64,000 nt of DNA from Acanthaster planci (taxonomy: Eukaryota). A program made the position numbers and the translations under genes. The notes beneath the pieces were generated by a model. It saw only the letters and a program-made list of their open reading frames with translations. It was not told where the DNA came from and searched no databases. This document shows, in pieces, positions 35,701 to 50,700 of the stretch. Within the stretch, counting starts at the first letter, position 1. Every line of letters begins with the position of its first letter. The stretch spans positions 3,008,713 through 3,072,712 of the forward strand of contig NW_019091356.1 in the NCBI RefSeq assembly GCF_001949145.1, read 5' to 3'.

Positions 35701-38700
35701 AATTTTTCCCTGTGTTCACAACCCTGGGCGTCCCTCCAAAATTTTACTGCAATTATGCTACTTTTTAAACCAACATGATTACAATTCACAAGTGAAATCA
35801 CAGCTAAATTTAAAAACGGAATTAAAAAACGAAAGTAACTGCTCCTATCAATATATGTAATGAATATGGATTAACTTCAACATGGAAGTTTTCTTGCAAA
35901 TATTTTGTCACGCCTTCAAACACGGGAGTTGAAACATTCAGGTGAAATGTAGTCAAACATTTGAAAGAAATACTCTAAAATACTCAGGTCTGACTTAATA
36001 TCCTTCATAATAGTTTATTTTTTTATGAGCACAGCAATACATCAACACAAAATTCTTTGCTTCCGTCGTCACACACAGCACCGAGAAATTGCACAGCATT
36101 TGTAAAAAAAACAACTAGACTCACGTGTAGAGGTTTGTGGGCGCGTTGTACAAGGTGAACTCCACAATGACCGCCCTGGTCTGTTCGTCAATCCAGGAAT
36201 TATTCTGCAAAAAGGCCAGTTGGCTCTGAGCCTCTTCCCTGACGGAACAAAGAGGGGGAGAAATTGGAAATTGGAAACTATCCGCAAGACTTGTCAAACA
36301 GTATTACGCAGATTTCATGTTAAAGTAGCCCGATTATTAATCTGAAAAAGTCAAGCATTCTTCAAATGTATGACCAATAAATTTACTCCAAATCATTGTC
36401 AAACTCACGTATGTTAATTTCATACATTCATGGATGCATTTGAAGGTATTACTTTCTTCATGCTTTGCTTAAATGGCTGTTACACAGTGACTAATTCAGT
36501 ATACGCATCAAGGCAGCCGTGAGTAAAATGACACCACTCTCACAAAGTGGCCAAAAAACAATCAAAATCAGCTCTACTATACTTAACCTGAATGCGAACT
36601 GAAAAAATCTCCAAAAAAAAAAAGAACCCAATGCTTTCCCACATCAGTAGTATGCATAAATCAAGTCATGGCTTGGCTCTAAATTGAAGTCCCCCGCCGT
36701 CCCCCCCAATTTATCCCCGCAAAAAGAGTCTTACCGGCTGTTGTTGAGGCTGATTACAAATCCGTCCCCCTCGTAGGATCCAAAGTAGCCCCACTTGCAG
36801 TAGCGCTTCAGCGCCGCCTTACCGGCATGGATCCAGGCTCCCTCGGGCCCATAGGGCTTGGTGGACTGGCCGGCAAGGGTGTAGCCCGCCCGGCAGTCGG
36901 TGAAAAGCGGCTGGACCGGGGTGGCCAGGGGGCAGGTGCGGTGGCGGACGCGGACCTGGCGCAGGCTCGCCTTGCCCAGGAGAACGCTCTCTCCGTTCAT
37001 GATGGAGATCTGTCCAAGGGAATCGAGAGACGCCGTGCAGGCCTTTCAAGGGTGGATCCCAAACTGGCTCACTGACCTCAATAGACCGTATTTGCGGGGG
37101 ACCCTAATTTCAGTCAGATTCCCCAACGTAGTGTAGTTATTTGAAAATATTAAATTTAAAGAACCAGACTATATTCTACGATTTCCTTCCAGCCCCCAAA
37201 ATACCCTGGTACCATCCCATTTAGTGTTTCAATCGTATACAATGTGACCCACTCTGTGAAAATGAGTCTTAAGTTGCCAAAGTTGCTTTGGAGTAAAAAG
37301 TCCTTTAGAATAATTTTGCACAGTGTAAATCAACAGGAACCCACAGCATTTTTCACCATGGAGTGTCCACTTTTGTCGGGATACCAAACTGAGTGATACA
37401 TCACAACAAAACTCAAAATGTTCAGGAATATGACTGAAATTGGGAACCCCGCAAATACAGTCTGCTGAATACCTTCGCTGCTCCATCGATAAGAGGGTTC
37501 GATATCCACGACATCTCACATTCAGGACCAAAATCACATGACTGCATTACCACCAAAGCAACCAAATGATCCCTTGTTGTTTGTGCCTTGTTACTGATAG
37601 ATTAATCAGATGGAGGTTCATGGAATTGACTGTGTAACCAATTATTAAAAACTACTGAACAAAACGAACGAACTTTTATCAGACACAAAATAATTACTGC
37701 AGCTCGAGTAGGAAAGATGTCAAGTGAACTGAAGTGATTTTTCTATCATCACCAAACACTGCACAGCTCCTGTGTTACACCCAGTGACAAGACCATCTAG
37801 ATTTCCTAACCCTAACGGTTCCTGATGGTATGCTGGTCCAACGGCAAGGACAAAATAACCCACCTTTTCTTCGGAGACTGTTTCCGCGTTGTACCACTTT
37901 TCCCAGTACAGATTGTCCAACAGGTCCCCATTCATCCAGGACCAGAGCTCGTCGACGGATGAAACAGCAGTAAAGGGATGCGGTGTCCTGTATTATTCAT
38001 ACAATCAAACAGAGTAAACAGAATGTGGCACCTGTGTCCATTTCAAAAATTCATTCAAGGTAGCAATTTCAAGAAGAAAGGCAATTGTGGCTTAAAAGTC
38101 TTTCAATGATAGAGTTCAGTATATCAAAAAAGCAAGATCATTCGGGAACAAAGTAGGTGCATGAGTCCATGAAGGGCTCCCCTGATAGGGCAAACATTGC
38201 ATACGAGTCCAACTGGCCTCTGACACGTTTCGTTACAGGAATACACTGTTGGAGTATCCAATTGGCTCATTCCTTTTGTCCATGTGTCGCTTTGTCCTGC
38301 GTACTTTTCCGAAAAGTAAGAACATTTGAGAAAACGTACAAAAACATGTGATTCTGTATGCGTGTTGATTTGGAATACCCAATGAACACATTCAACGATT
38401 ACTTTCCTATACAGAGACTCCTTGTTCTGCGGCTCGATAATTTTTACTCACTTATCACAACAAACACAGATGGTAAAACCACATTTCAGAACTCAATCTA
38501 CGCATGTAAATCTTTCTGGGCTTAAGGTTGGTTGGGGCTCACAGTCAGAGTGATCCAGCAAGAACGGAATTGGACTCACTCTAGGAAGGTCTGTCGGACT
38601 CCCCGGTTGACAGGATAGTGGTAGGTCACCTCGCGGCCGTACGCCATCCACATCAGGCAGGCAAACAGGGTGGAGTACATGATCACATCCCTGCAGAGAT

Positions 38701-41700
38701 CAAAAGGCGGACGTTAGTTGAGCGGGGCACATTCTACTGCTTGCTGAAGTGTTGGCATTTTATTTGGGCAATGCCCCAAATGCTGTCTAGACAAATGGTT
38801 TGTTCTTGATCCTGTGGGAGATATCTGCCTTGAGCTGAAGTGCACCATCACCAGTTGTAAAGAGCTACATTGGCGGGGAGTGTTCATTTTGTTGGTAGCC
38901 ATGTGACCCTTACGCCTGCATATTTATAGTCGTTTGTGAACCAGCAAAGTGCAGTTCCCACGAACGGAACCTCCATTGCCAGGAAAATCACAACCTCTCT
39001 TGGTCACACTCGAGGTGGACAATTACCATCCAGTGACTTACTTACAATTTATATCTTCTTCTTTCTCTAGCAATTGTTAATTAGCTTGTTTTTTGATAGC
39101 TTTCAAATTCCTTTTTCCCCCCAAGACATTTAAGCTTAGCCGGGCAGTCTTTCCGTAAAGGTTTTTAGGGGAGGGGGCTAGCTAGTGCCTTACTTTAGGA
39201 TGGCCCACATGTTCTTCTCCTTCAGCATCTTCTCCTTGGCCTTCTGGAGCTCCTTTGCCTGGGGTGGGCGAGCGAATCGCAGGTAGCGCGAGCGCTGCCT
39301 TGCTGCTATGGCCTTTTGGAAGAACGACAACGGAAAAAACTCCCGCTGATTTAAAACAAGCCACCTTATCGAGGACTTCAAGACTTGGCAAGAAATCCAA
39401 ACGCAGTGACCCAGAGGCTGAAATTTCCTATTCACCTTCTGTTTCTCATGATTGCAAGCGGTGACTCATATTTGTAACCCAACGTAACAAAGAGAGTCAC
39501 CACTGAGTCACTATTGAGTAAAGGCTTCTGAATGTACCTTGCATGATGTAAATTAAGAGGCACCCCTCACCCGTCTATACCCATTCCATCATAATGCCAA
39601 ACCAGGTGGACACTTCACAGACCTCAGGTTGATCTGTGCAACGAAACCTGAAGTGGAATTACTTTGAAATAGCTGGTCTTGCAACTTTTTTTGTGAGACT
39701 AGACCATAATTTTGTTCACTTCATTACACCGAGAACCAATTGGGCAGAGCTGCTGATCATAGCAACTTTGCCAAGCAGTAAAAAAACTGCTTAGCAGAAT
39801 TAGCTTACAAGTCAAAATGCCATGTGTTGTATATATATTGTGACCGGTTTCCAGCTTTCTCGTGCTTAGCGTATTAATTTTCTCAGCATTTCCTTTTCTC
39901 TGCAAGAGAAAGTTTATATGAAGCGACGCCCAGATCTTTGGGCTGATGAACTCTCTTTACTCATCCAACTGACCTTGGCCATGTCGTTTTCGTAGCCTTC
40001 CAAGCGCGCCCTGTCCAGGCTTTTCTTGTCAATCAGGTCAACGTTGTCATCATAGTGATCGAAAATGTGGATGTTGTTCCTGTGCCGGACCGACTTCAGG
40101 ATGGTGAACATCAGCATCTAGGGGAGAACATGCGCCAAAAGGTCCAGTTCAATCCGTTGAGCCCAAATAAGTAACACACAAGGGGAACTTTATCAACAGA
40201 GCAAAACAGAACAATCAAGTGCAAACTTAAAACCTGCCAATTTTTGTTGTAATCTTTTCCCTGTGGCTCCCTCCCCCCACGCAAACCCCTCCCATTTGAT
40301 TCCTTCCTGATCTGCCTGCAATTTGTGATGTATCAGACATCTTGGTCCGGTTCCCAGAGGACAGACGTACCACCGAAACTATACTCGGCCTTCAGATTCC
40401 CACCAGTCTCAAGGACTTGGTGACAGAGAAACTTGACTTCAGCTAAGCGAGCCCGACTCGCACCCGGCTTATGTAATGCATCTGTGAGTGTGATGAGCTT
40501 CAAGACAAATGTTCCTCCTTACCACCGCCGGCTGAGTGACAAAGATGCACTGCAAGAAGGAGAAGTAGACGGATTGCATCCAGTAGACTGACTTCACATC
40601 GCTGAACCTGGGGTCAAGGAAACGGATTCAGATTACGGTTATTTTTCAACCAAACACTAACAGTGTGGGCCCTACGAAAGTTGCATAACTTGCTTTCTGT
40701 GACTGGTTCTTGCAGATTACATATGCATTACTGCAGCTGACGATATTTAAACATCCAGATTTATTCCTTCTTTGAAATCGGCTTTTGGCGAAGGCTGTTT
40801 GGCGAGGGCTTCAACATCAACATTCTGACCTTGGACTATATACGGGCCTCTAACATTTGAGCACATGAAAAGGCTAGATATCACAACCAAAAGCAACATC
40901 AAGTCAGCATCTTTGAACTATGACAGTCTAATTTGGTTGCAAAGAAAAATTAACCATTTGGCCAAAAAAACAAAGGCCACAGTTTCTGGTTGGACGATGG
41001 CTCTAAAAGTGGTGCGGCAACGCAGCTTTTTTCCCCTCATTTTTTTCACCTAGAAATGACGTACGTATAATGCGCAATGTCCATCGCAACTCCACTGCGT
41101 ACGTACTGCTGCTACCAACCCTGAAATAGACTAGCCCCCTCACTATTTATTGTTTAGAGGCATTTTCAGCTTGTAAATGTACACAGGACATAAGACCACC
41201 TTGTTTGTCTGGTTCCCAGATGTAAATGTTTAATACATAAATGACGTCTTCTGAAAAAGAGTGCCCGACTAAATGTGTGGGTCCCTAGAGGGCCTCCTTT
41301 ACTGTACATATTACTAAACCGCACCCCATCTAAAACACATTTCAATTACGCAGTAGCAGGATTCCACTGATCAAGGAAGCTTGGCAGCTTTTGGACATCG
41401 TATTATGCCCAATAAAAAACGTTTTATTTAGCCGCCACGCAGGTCTACGGCGACACATGCACTGATCAGAAACCGGAGACTTTTTAGGGGGGCCTCATAT
41501 TTTTAGTTATAATTATTATTTCAAAATGTTATAATTAGAATTGTCTTTCTTTTTCCTGTATTGTTGGACATATCCTCCAAAAGCTTTGGATGATGCCTCC
41601 ACAGAGTGAACATGAATGTTATCGAAAAAGCTGACGTTGATCTTGCCTGGTACCCAGGACAAATTTAGTGCACAGGTTACCAAGGAAAATTGACCAGTGG

Positions 41701-44700
41701 TCGACAGATGGTCATTTCTCAAACTCGTTCCCAAATTGAGGTGGGTGGTGGATGTCTAGCGACGGACCTGTATCCGTAATAGATGGTCACCACAGCTGAG
41801 AAGACAGTGATGAAGCCACAGATGGCCCAGGCCAGCTTGCCGCACCAGTTGGGCAGCCAGATCTTGGGGTTAGCCAGTCGCTTGTGGTAAGCCTGGCAGC
41901 CGGCCCCTGCGGTGGCGAGCGCCCCATACCCTGACTCCAGGCTGCGGGTGTCCGGCGAGCTGACCCCGCTGTCTGAGACATCACTCGGGTGCTTGCCGGC
42001 GCTGCCACTCAGGCTGCTGCCACTCAGGCCGTCGTCATAGGCACTGGTGCTGCCACCGCTGCTGCTGCCGAAGCTGATGGAGTCATAGCTTTTGTGCATG
42101 TCGTCACTGTGGCTGGACGAACCCTAAGGACAGAGCACAAAACACGGGTGAGACTTGGAGATGAGGGGAAAGTCCAAAGTGTATGCAGACAAGGGTTTGA
42201 TCAACGACGATAGAATACTATGACCCGTCACGACTCAAAAGCCAAGAGGGCCAAAATTCTCTCCCAAGTGATGTGATTACATCAGTTTTGCATGTAGCCC
42301 TCTAAGACAAATCTGAACGATTTTCAAGATGTAATTTTTTGCGTTGGGGATGTTAATTTATATAACGGGTTTTGCCCTTGCCCAACGTATATATTAATAA
42401 ACACATAGAGCATACAGTGTTTATCAATATATACGTTGGGTAAGGGCAAAACCCGTTATATAAATCTGAATGACCAAACCTACAAAGCTACACCATCGTT
42501 GAGACAAAAATGCCTGAAATCTGGAAAATTTCCTGAGAAATCACATGGAAAAACTATATCACGATCGAAAAAAAAAAGGCAGCCAACCAGTCTGGGTCAA
42601 TATCCACTGAAAACCTGCCTCTGTTTGTACAATGCTCAGAGCGATCTGGTATAATAAGGATGCTTGCAATGCTCCAGTCTCTACCTGAAGGACCCCGATG
42701 ATCCTCACGACACCTCACAACAGTTGTAACCCATTTGGGTTTTTTTTTCTTTCCAAGTTTACCTTCAGCCTGTGCTTCCATTTCTCCTGCGCCCATCCCT
42801 GGAGGTCCTCCAAGGTGACGTCAGCACGCTCCCCCACGCCAGAATCCAGACTGCCCTGGTTGAGTATGGTCTCCACTGGGGCAGCTGTTTGTGGAAGATA
42901 CCCGGGGGAACTTTGTTGAAGGGTCTGCACAACAGGGGCAACATTCCTAGACTGGTAGCACAGCTCAAACTGCTGCTTTGAAAGTCCGAGTTTCTCGGCA
43001 AACTTTGGGGTCAAATTTTTGGGCCCTGCTAACCATGGACAATCTCTGCTTGCTGCAACGAAGGTGCAGCAACAACAGTTAGCATATTTCGTGGGCGGCA
43101 AGAAAATTGGGATTCTGTGCATACGGGCATTCCCTATAAAGCATTCCGTGCCTGCTGGGTTGGTAAAAAATGTCTGTTTCATCTCCTCAAATGATCACAG
43201 CTGCACAATTTCATAGTTATCTATGCCAAGAAACTAGGCTGAGCCTAGAGCCTGTTGGGGCTTTTACAGCAGGCACATTTAACTTGTTGTAAGCAGGAAA
43301 ACCACGACAATGTGGATTTAAGTTGTAAAGACTAAGCTGAAGGTTACACAAGGAAGAACAACAATTCCTTAGGAGCCATCACATGCTTCCAGTGGCAACA
43401 CTAGTGTAAAGGACACCATTTGCAGTTAAAATCTTACCCGACTCGGGAAGCTCAATTGTTGTCTTGACACTCCTGAAGTTCTTTTCCTCCTCAATCTCTT
43501 CACGTCGGGGCTGTTGAGGTCAGACAACAATATTAAAGCATTGTGCAAAATATCTTGAATGCGATCGCTGCCGATCACATTTCTGTCTATGAACTATGAC
43601 CTTATTTCTCCTACTGCTTCAAACTTACCCTCGCTCTACGGAAGACCATTATGATAGGGAAGTTCACGGGGATAGCCAGTATAGCTGTCACTATGCCAAC
43701 CAACATGGCCTCTCCCGACACATCAATCAGGCCAAGATCTACCTCCTGTATAAAAAAGTCAGAATTTCCACTCTTGCTTTAATGACAAAAATCTTCTTCC
43801 AAAACTCAACTTTCTGAAGCTACTATGGGGAAACAACATTTATTATGTGGTTACATTTTCAATTTTTTTAGTGTGTATCAATTCTAGCTAGTCAGACAAT
43901 ACGATCCGAAATTACTCTGCTACAGCTTTAAATGACACAAGAGCCAATGTGAAATAGATGAAGCCGCCAGCTGAAGGCTTCCATAGGTTTAGGTGTTATT
44001 TCTAGCCATAGCCAAGCACATGGACTACGCCTTTTGATGCAGCTATCTCTCAGCTCATAGCCAACTCCTTACTTCACTGCTAGTTAGGGTGAGTCAGCTA
44101 TGTCCAAAAGATGTGGCTACGGCAAACAGAAATGCACGTGTCTATGGGAAGTGGTTTCAGCGGTTAGCAAGTGTCTTCCATGGGCGAGTGCTACTGCTGG
44201 CCACAGACAATACAACTGGATGTGGCCTTCTGGCCTCAGATGCCACATGCTCTACGTGCGACTGTCACTTGATAGCCATTAACCGCCACTTTTTACCTCT
44301 TTGCCCAGGTGCTGGTACCAGATGGTGTTGATGCAGAGGAAGCCCATGGAAATGGACAGGCTGCAGGTCAGCCGCTGGATGCGGGTGAAGACGCTGTACG
44401 GGGGACGAGTGAAGATGGAGCTCCACAGGTAGTAGTCGGCAAAGTACTGGAATAGTTTGGCAAAGAAGGCCTGGCGAGGGGAAGGAAATGGCCAAATCTG
44501 GGTATAATTCAAAGTATGTTATGAATTCATCCCTCCAAGATCTCAAAAATCTACCCTCAATCCAATCTCAGGATGTACCTGAATTGGGCTGATTTAACAG
44601 GATTGAAGAAATGTACAACCCCCCCAGCATTACCTGAAAGTTCTCTTCGCATCTGTCCCTTGACCTACCAATCAAATACATAAAAGTCCCCCCCTTGCAA

Positions 44701-47700
44701 AAAGAAGACAAACTCCCTTGTAACAGGAGGCACCTACCTTCTGAAAGCCGACCCCCTTGTCCAGGACCTCAAGGTCCCGCTCGATCCTCCCGTCGTCCTC
44801 CTCCACGGCGAACCAGCGCTCGCAGATGAAGTACCACTTGCGGCCAGTCAGGAGGTCGCGGACGGCCACCCGGCTCAGGAACCAGCTGGGGGAGTGGCCG
44901 GCGTTGTTGTGCCAGACGTGGAGCCTCCGGAGGTTGCCCAGCGACTCGGGGACACTGGGAGACACGGAATAAGAAGAGGAATTCCAAATGTAGGCCACTC
45001 CAGGACAGTAATACAGAAATGTGACTACTGGATGGTTTTATACAACACCAGGAAAAAGGTTAAATTGCAGTAAAAGTGACTAAAGCTGTTTTGTGTTAGA
45101 CGTCTCATTCTTTACGTCGATTTTGTAAATATGAGGTTCTATTGACAGCACCAAGACACAACTGCAGTGGTCCACAAGACCCAACCTCAGACTAGTCCAA
45201 GACATGACCAATCTGTCCCAGCTTAGCCTTGCCTAACCTAACCCGGCCTCGGCAAGCCAGAGCCCAGCTTAACCCACCCAAGCCCGCCACAGCTCAGACA
45301 AATTCAGCTCAGCCCAGTCCAGTCCAATCCAGCCTAGCCAAATCAATGAGTTTCTCACTCCAAATCTGCATTCTGGATCTGTGGGGCGATTTCCGTTGGC
45401 TCACCTGACAATGAATCGGTCCCTGGAGTTCTTCTCAAAGATGGGCCGACCCTTGCAGATGAGCTCCTTGGTCTCTGAGTGGGCCTCGTTGCCATGCAGT
45501 ACCATACTCACCCTGGCCGTGGTGCCGGCCCCTGCCCGCATGCCCGTCTCGACAGTGATCTCGTAACTTGTCAAAGAGAGAAACACAGAGATCTTTTGTT
45601 CAGTATGAAGCACAAAGGAACAAGATAACTTCCAGAATTCAGTACTATGATTTAGTCTCAAATGTGAAACTTATAATGTGCAAACTCTTCAGGTTTTAGC
45701 AGGTAAAAAGTAGCCATTTTATAGAACTGACGGCATTTCAAAGCCATTTCCAAGTCGTGGCCCAACGTAACAAAATGAGTACCAAGTCGCCACAGCACTA
45801 CTTGAGTGAAAGGCCTTCAAGGGAATCTTGCACTGTGTACATCAAAGGGAGCCCTCTAACAGTTTTCACCCCACATTTTGTCCTTTTCATCCAGATGCCT
45901 AATTGGGCGACACAACTTGACAACAAGCAGCTTTCTCTTTCTTCACAGAATTACTGAAAACATGGCCTCGAGTAGTCTCATTTTGTGGCATCCAGTCACA
46001 CTGTCTGATCTGACCTACTCCACTGACTTCTTGCCAATTGACTGCGAGGCCTTGCATTCACACTCGCTGAAATGGATTTGTTGAAGGTCAATAAACACAA
46101 GGCTTGGAGAAGCAGCTGAACACTGGATCTACTCACTACTGCTGGTCGGCCGGCTGGTTGTCCGACAGGTAGATGAGCCCCAGCTTTCGCTCGTCGTGCT
46201 TGTCGGCCAGGTAGCAGTAGACCAAGAGGACAATGTAGATGCCCAGGATGCCGACCGTGAAGGAGTAGGGGATGGGATTAGTGATGGGCCTGGGGATGAA
46301 GAGGATGACAGATTATTCCCAAGGAATTAGGAATATATCTAAGGGCTTTAGCTAGGTACGGAAATAGCACAGGCAGTCAATAAGTCTTGGGAAATTGCCC
46401 TCTTGCCTGGGTCTTGTGATGTGGGGAAATTTCAATATACAAGAGTTGTAGTTGCTTTAGAATGTCTTGATGAAAAACCAATGAAGTTTTCGTCTTCATC
46501 CAACTCTAAGAGGCAGAAAAAGAACACGGGAAAAAGACAGAGCCTCACGTGTCAAACACTGTCAGGCTGACAACATCCAGGATGACGGAGATAGGCAGGA
46601 AAGTGACCCCGAAGGCCGTCAGGTGGTTGCACTTGCAGCGGGTCAGCTCGTAGGTGGAGGAGTGCATCACCTCGCAGCCGTCACCCACCCAGGCATCTGA
46701 AGGGGGAGGAGGGAGGGAGGGGTAGGGGGAAAAGAAAGCATGCGGCTTGACTTGATTTTGAGTGAGTGGCTTCTCGTGGAGAGGAACCAGATCACCAGGG
46801 TTGCAGCTGTGCTGCCCGGGGCTAGCCAATGTTCCAAATAGCCAGCCGGCACTCGAGGGGTGAAAATAACACTTGCTGGCCAGCACAAATTTGGCTGCAT
46901 TGTGTGCCGATTCACATGCGTTCTCTCTTTGGCAGCATTGCATGCTGCTGATGCTGCATCAGCTAAGCCAGCCACGCTGTTGGAGTGCTCACCATTTTGG
47001 GTGTTCCAATAGAGGCATTCTCCCCACCACAGTCGCATCAGGTACTGCCGCGTGCTGACCTCATCCTGTCCGTAGCTGCTCTCGCCGTACTCGGCATCAA
47101 TGAGGGCTAGGTAGTGCTTGCCGGTCGCTGCGGGACATAGTGAAATACAGAAAGGGTTTGGTTGACACATTATCAGATGAATGAAATCAGATGAAAACAA
47201 TGACGGATTACCTTCGCAAAATGCAAGCCTAAAAATGATGGCAATTCCCAGCAGCAGGTCTTTTGTTCCTAGTACGGTCTTTTGTTACACAGACCAGCTC
47301 TTTTGTCCAATTTTGGGCAGCCCGGCTCTGCGTATAAGCCCATGGTGCTCCAACTGAGGTTCCCCGGCAGCAAGTGGTTCGTACTACTTTAACAGACTGG
47401 CAGTTGTTTTTTTCCTCTTCTCAAGTTTGAAGCATGTAGCACGGTTCACTACACCAAACTGAATTTTATGCACAGAAGCTCTGGACAATTGGAAAGCAAC
47501 CTAGTCAAACCCCAGGGCCAACGTCCACACCTAACCTGTTCCTAATATGACAAAATATGTAACACTAGTAACAGCTGGATTGAATATGTACCATTGAACG
47601 TATTTGGAGGGAGAAAGAGGACTAGATCTTCGTCCTCTTTCTCGTACATCCAGGATCTGTCGTACTCGATTGGAGTGGGCCTGATGCCATACCTACAAGA

Positions 47701-50700
47701 AAAAAACACACACAATTTAACAAGAAAAAGGAACAAAGGAAAAATTGAGGGATGTGCAGAAGCACCAGCAAGTTTGAAAATGAAACGCAAAACAGAAATT
47801 CAAAATTTCACAGAAAGACGTGTGATGTAGATTTCATGGAATTTTAAACTCTATTTTCAAAAGGTTTCTCACACTTTTTAATTCCTTCTATCAGTACTTC
47901 ATTGGGCTGGTCATTTTTATTTCCATGTTGGCATACGCTTGAAGTCATCAACTGGAGCCAATCTCCGAGTGCTCCTTACGCAAAAAATTTGTTTAAGCGT
48001 GAAAAAACCTTGCTTGACAAATCAGGTTACCAGCCAAAACTTCTTGTAAATGTGTATTGTTTTGGAATGGTATTTACCTGTCTTTTGGTTAGCATGACGA
48101 GCCAGAGTTTAAGCTGGTAACCTTTGTTTATTAGGTGAATTTTTTTTGTGCTTAAGCATATTTTGTACTTAAGCAGCTCTATGACACTGGCCCCTGGACA
48201 CTGTTAGTCCTGAACCACGGTAACGTACCATTAGCTCCAAGCTTGAAACTTTCAGAGTCAGTCAACAGAACAGTTTTGCCAGTGAACAATGTGTCAGCGA
48301 TACTTCCGACCAGATCGGAGTCATTTTGACCCGTGGCATTCATCACTATCTTCCTAGCACGAATACCACGGATTCGTGGCGTGATTTAAAAAAAAAAAAA
48401 CAAGCAAAAGGGGCAAGGCCTGTTCTAAAACAGACCTCATGATGAGCTTGACGGGGAAGGTACGTCGGGTCTCGGGGGCTAGCCGCACCATGATCTGGAA
48501 CGCTTGGCTGACGCCCTCCTCCGACACGTTGAACTCGTGGACGTTCATGAAGGCCTTGTCAAGGGTGAGGTTGCACATCAGGGAATCCTGTTGAAAACCA
48601 AAGCAGAGCAGAAATGCTTGAAACCCTCACATTAACCTCAATGTCTCACGTTATCCTAAATACCAGCAGGTGCATCACTGAAATCTAAGGGGGGGTGCTA
48701 GGCAAAACAGACGTAATAGTTGTCACAGCAATTTCATTAAGTACTTAGAGAGCTGCAGTTTTTGAACAGTTGTACTGGCCACTAGCTGGCTCTAGTTCTT
48801 TGTCCTCAAAATGTTCAACGAAGACACGAGTGACAATATAAGGATACTTGATTGTATTTCCAAGGTCAAAAGAGAGAACTTTTCAGCCACGAAATGGTCC
48901 TGACAGAAGGCTGATAAAAATGTATTGAGTTTATGGCAGTGCTCTGGTTCGCATGTATTTTTACTAAAACAACGACATGGCTTCATACCCCAAGGGAGCC
49001 GCAAGTGTGCGCCACTTCAAACACGATTTCTTTGCCGGCCGTCAGATTCTCCACCTTCAGCTCCTGGCCTGTGCACGAGTGCAGCGTGAGAGATGACACG
49101 TCCGAAGTCACCTGTTAAGAATCAGTGCAAGTATCCCAGGGACATCCAGTAAATTTGGCGTGAGAGCAGAGTTTCCAACCTTGCGCACCCTGGCTAATGC
49201 CGTGGCCTACCATGATGCACAGGAGATACGGACATCTTGCATGCAAAAACGGGCATTAAGCAGTAAATTCATGGTTCAAATACGGGTGCTGAACAAGTCC
49301 AGGTACGTACAAGTAGCCAATACCCAACTCGGGTATCAAAAACGTTCCGGCAACTTATCACCAAACCTGAGTATCTGTAAAGTTAGTGCACATTTATTCA
49401 AAATTATGTTTGAAATTTTCATCAGCCGGAAATCTTCCAAGTGCAGAACAGTTTCCGTTCTTTCTCGTGAACTCATTACGGCAGCAGAACGGTGTTTCCG
49501 TGGACTGGACTTACTTTGTGGGCACCCTCTCCCCAGAGGTAAGGGTTGGCCCGGTAGGTGACCATCTCCAGGTCCCAGCAGGGGATGGCCATGTCGTGGC
49601 ACGTGTAGGTGCCAATCACGCCCCCGCCATTCTGGGCGTGCAGGACCTGCTCCAGGCCAACGGGCAGGGTGAAGGCGTTGCGGCCGGCCGTCAGGTCAAC
49701 GGAGGCCAACGACGTCTGCCGGGCGCCCAGGAGGTCCACCGCATGGGTATGGATGAGGAGGGGCTCCTCGTCTGGCTTCTGCAGCTGGAGGTAGGTCTGT
49801 TGTACAGACAAAAAATAAAAAAAATATTAGGCAATTTGCCCACCTTGTTAAAGTACCCGACCTTGTTAAAGTACCCGACCTTGTTAAAGTACCCGACCCA
49901 ACCAATTCATACATGAGCTGATTCATCCACTTGGTCCCCACATCTTTTTCTTATACCATTTCTATTAAGCCCTGCCCACTCCAGTAACGTCTGTGCTTCA
50001 CCACAACACCGCCATGTTTAATTGAACTAAAAAAAAAGGCAGATCTCGTGTCAATGTATGCATCCAAGTTTTGTGGGGGCATTTTGGTCGTGTAATCCCT
50101 ACTATAAACAGTAAAACTATCACAGGGTTTGACTTTGGGTCCCTGCGCTACCAATAATCAGTAGCACAGCTTCTCTCTCGTCATTATACGAAGCATTTTG
50201 TCTTTGTTGCCGTTGGCTCTTATTCTCACTCAATGTTCCAGCAGGCACTGCTCATGCTTATAGTTTCGTTGTTTTAATTTTGATTTATCTCTGATTGTTG
50301 TTCACATTTTTGATCTGGGCATGGCAATGTAAGTCCCCAGCTTCCGCCTATGCCACCATATTACTCCGTGTATTATTTACCGTGTTCCTAATTTGATGGA
50401 TTTTCTTTGTTTACTTGTAATGCAAGTTTAGGATTCTCATTTAGAAGATCACTTTGTGTGAAACACCTCTTGCTTTACTTGCAACATCACAGTAAATAAA
50501 GCTATGGACTAGTAGAGAAAGCACGCATCTACTCGTAGTCATACCCAAGTTGCATAAGCCATTCGTAGGGCACATCGGACGTGGAACGGCAGGGGACACC
50601 AGGCGGGCCTGATAACCTACCTGCAATAGCCCCTGGACGGCCCCCACAGACCTCTGGATGGCCAACTTGTGGTGCCGCCGCCCGATGGCCTGGGTGTGGT

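Larger units (their letters stand above)
28066..38690 (-). other. Polycystin (TOP) domain and TRP-like channel region exons (TM6-TM11)
   Basis: ELWSWM, LLGKASLRQVRVR, GSYEGDGFVISL, WIDEQTRAVIVEFTLYN, KSIWSWME, FVDFSLLAYWDQ and VKFLRLLRFN. Confidence 0.9.
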
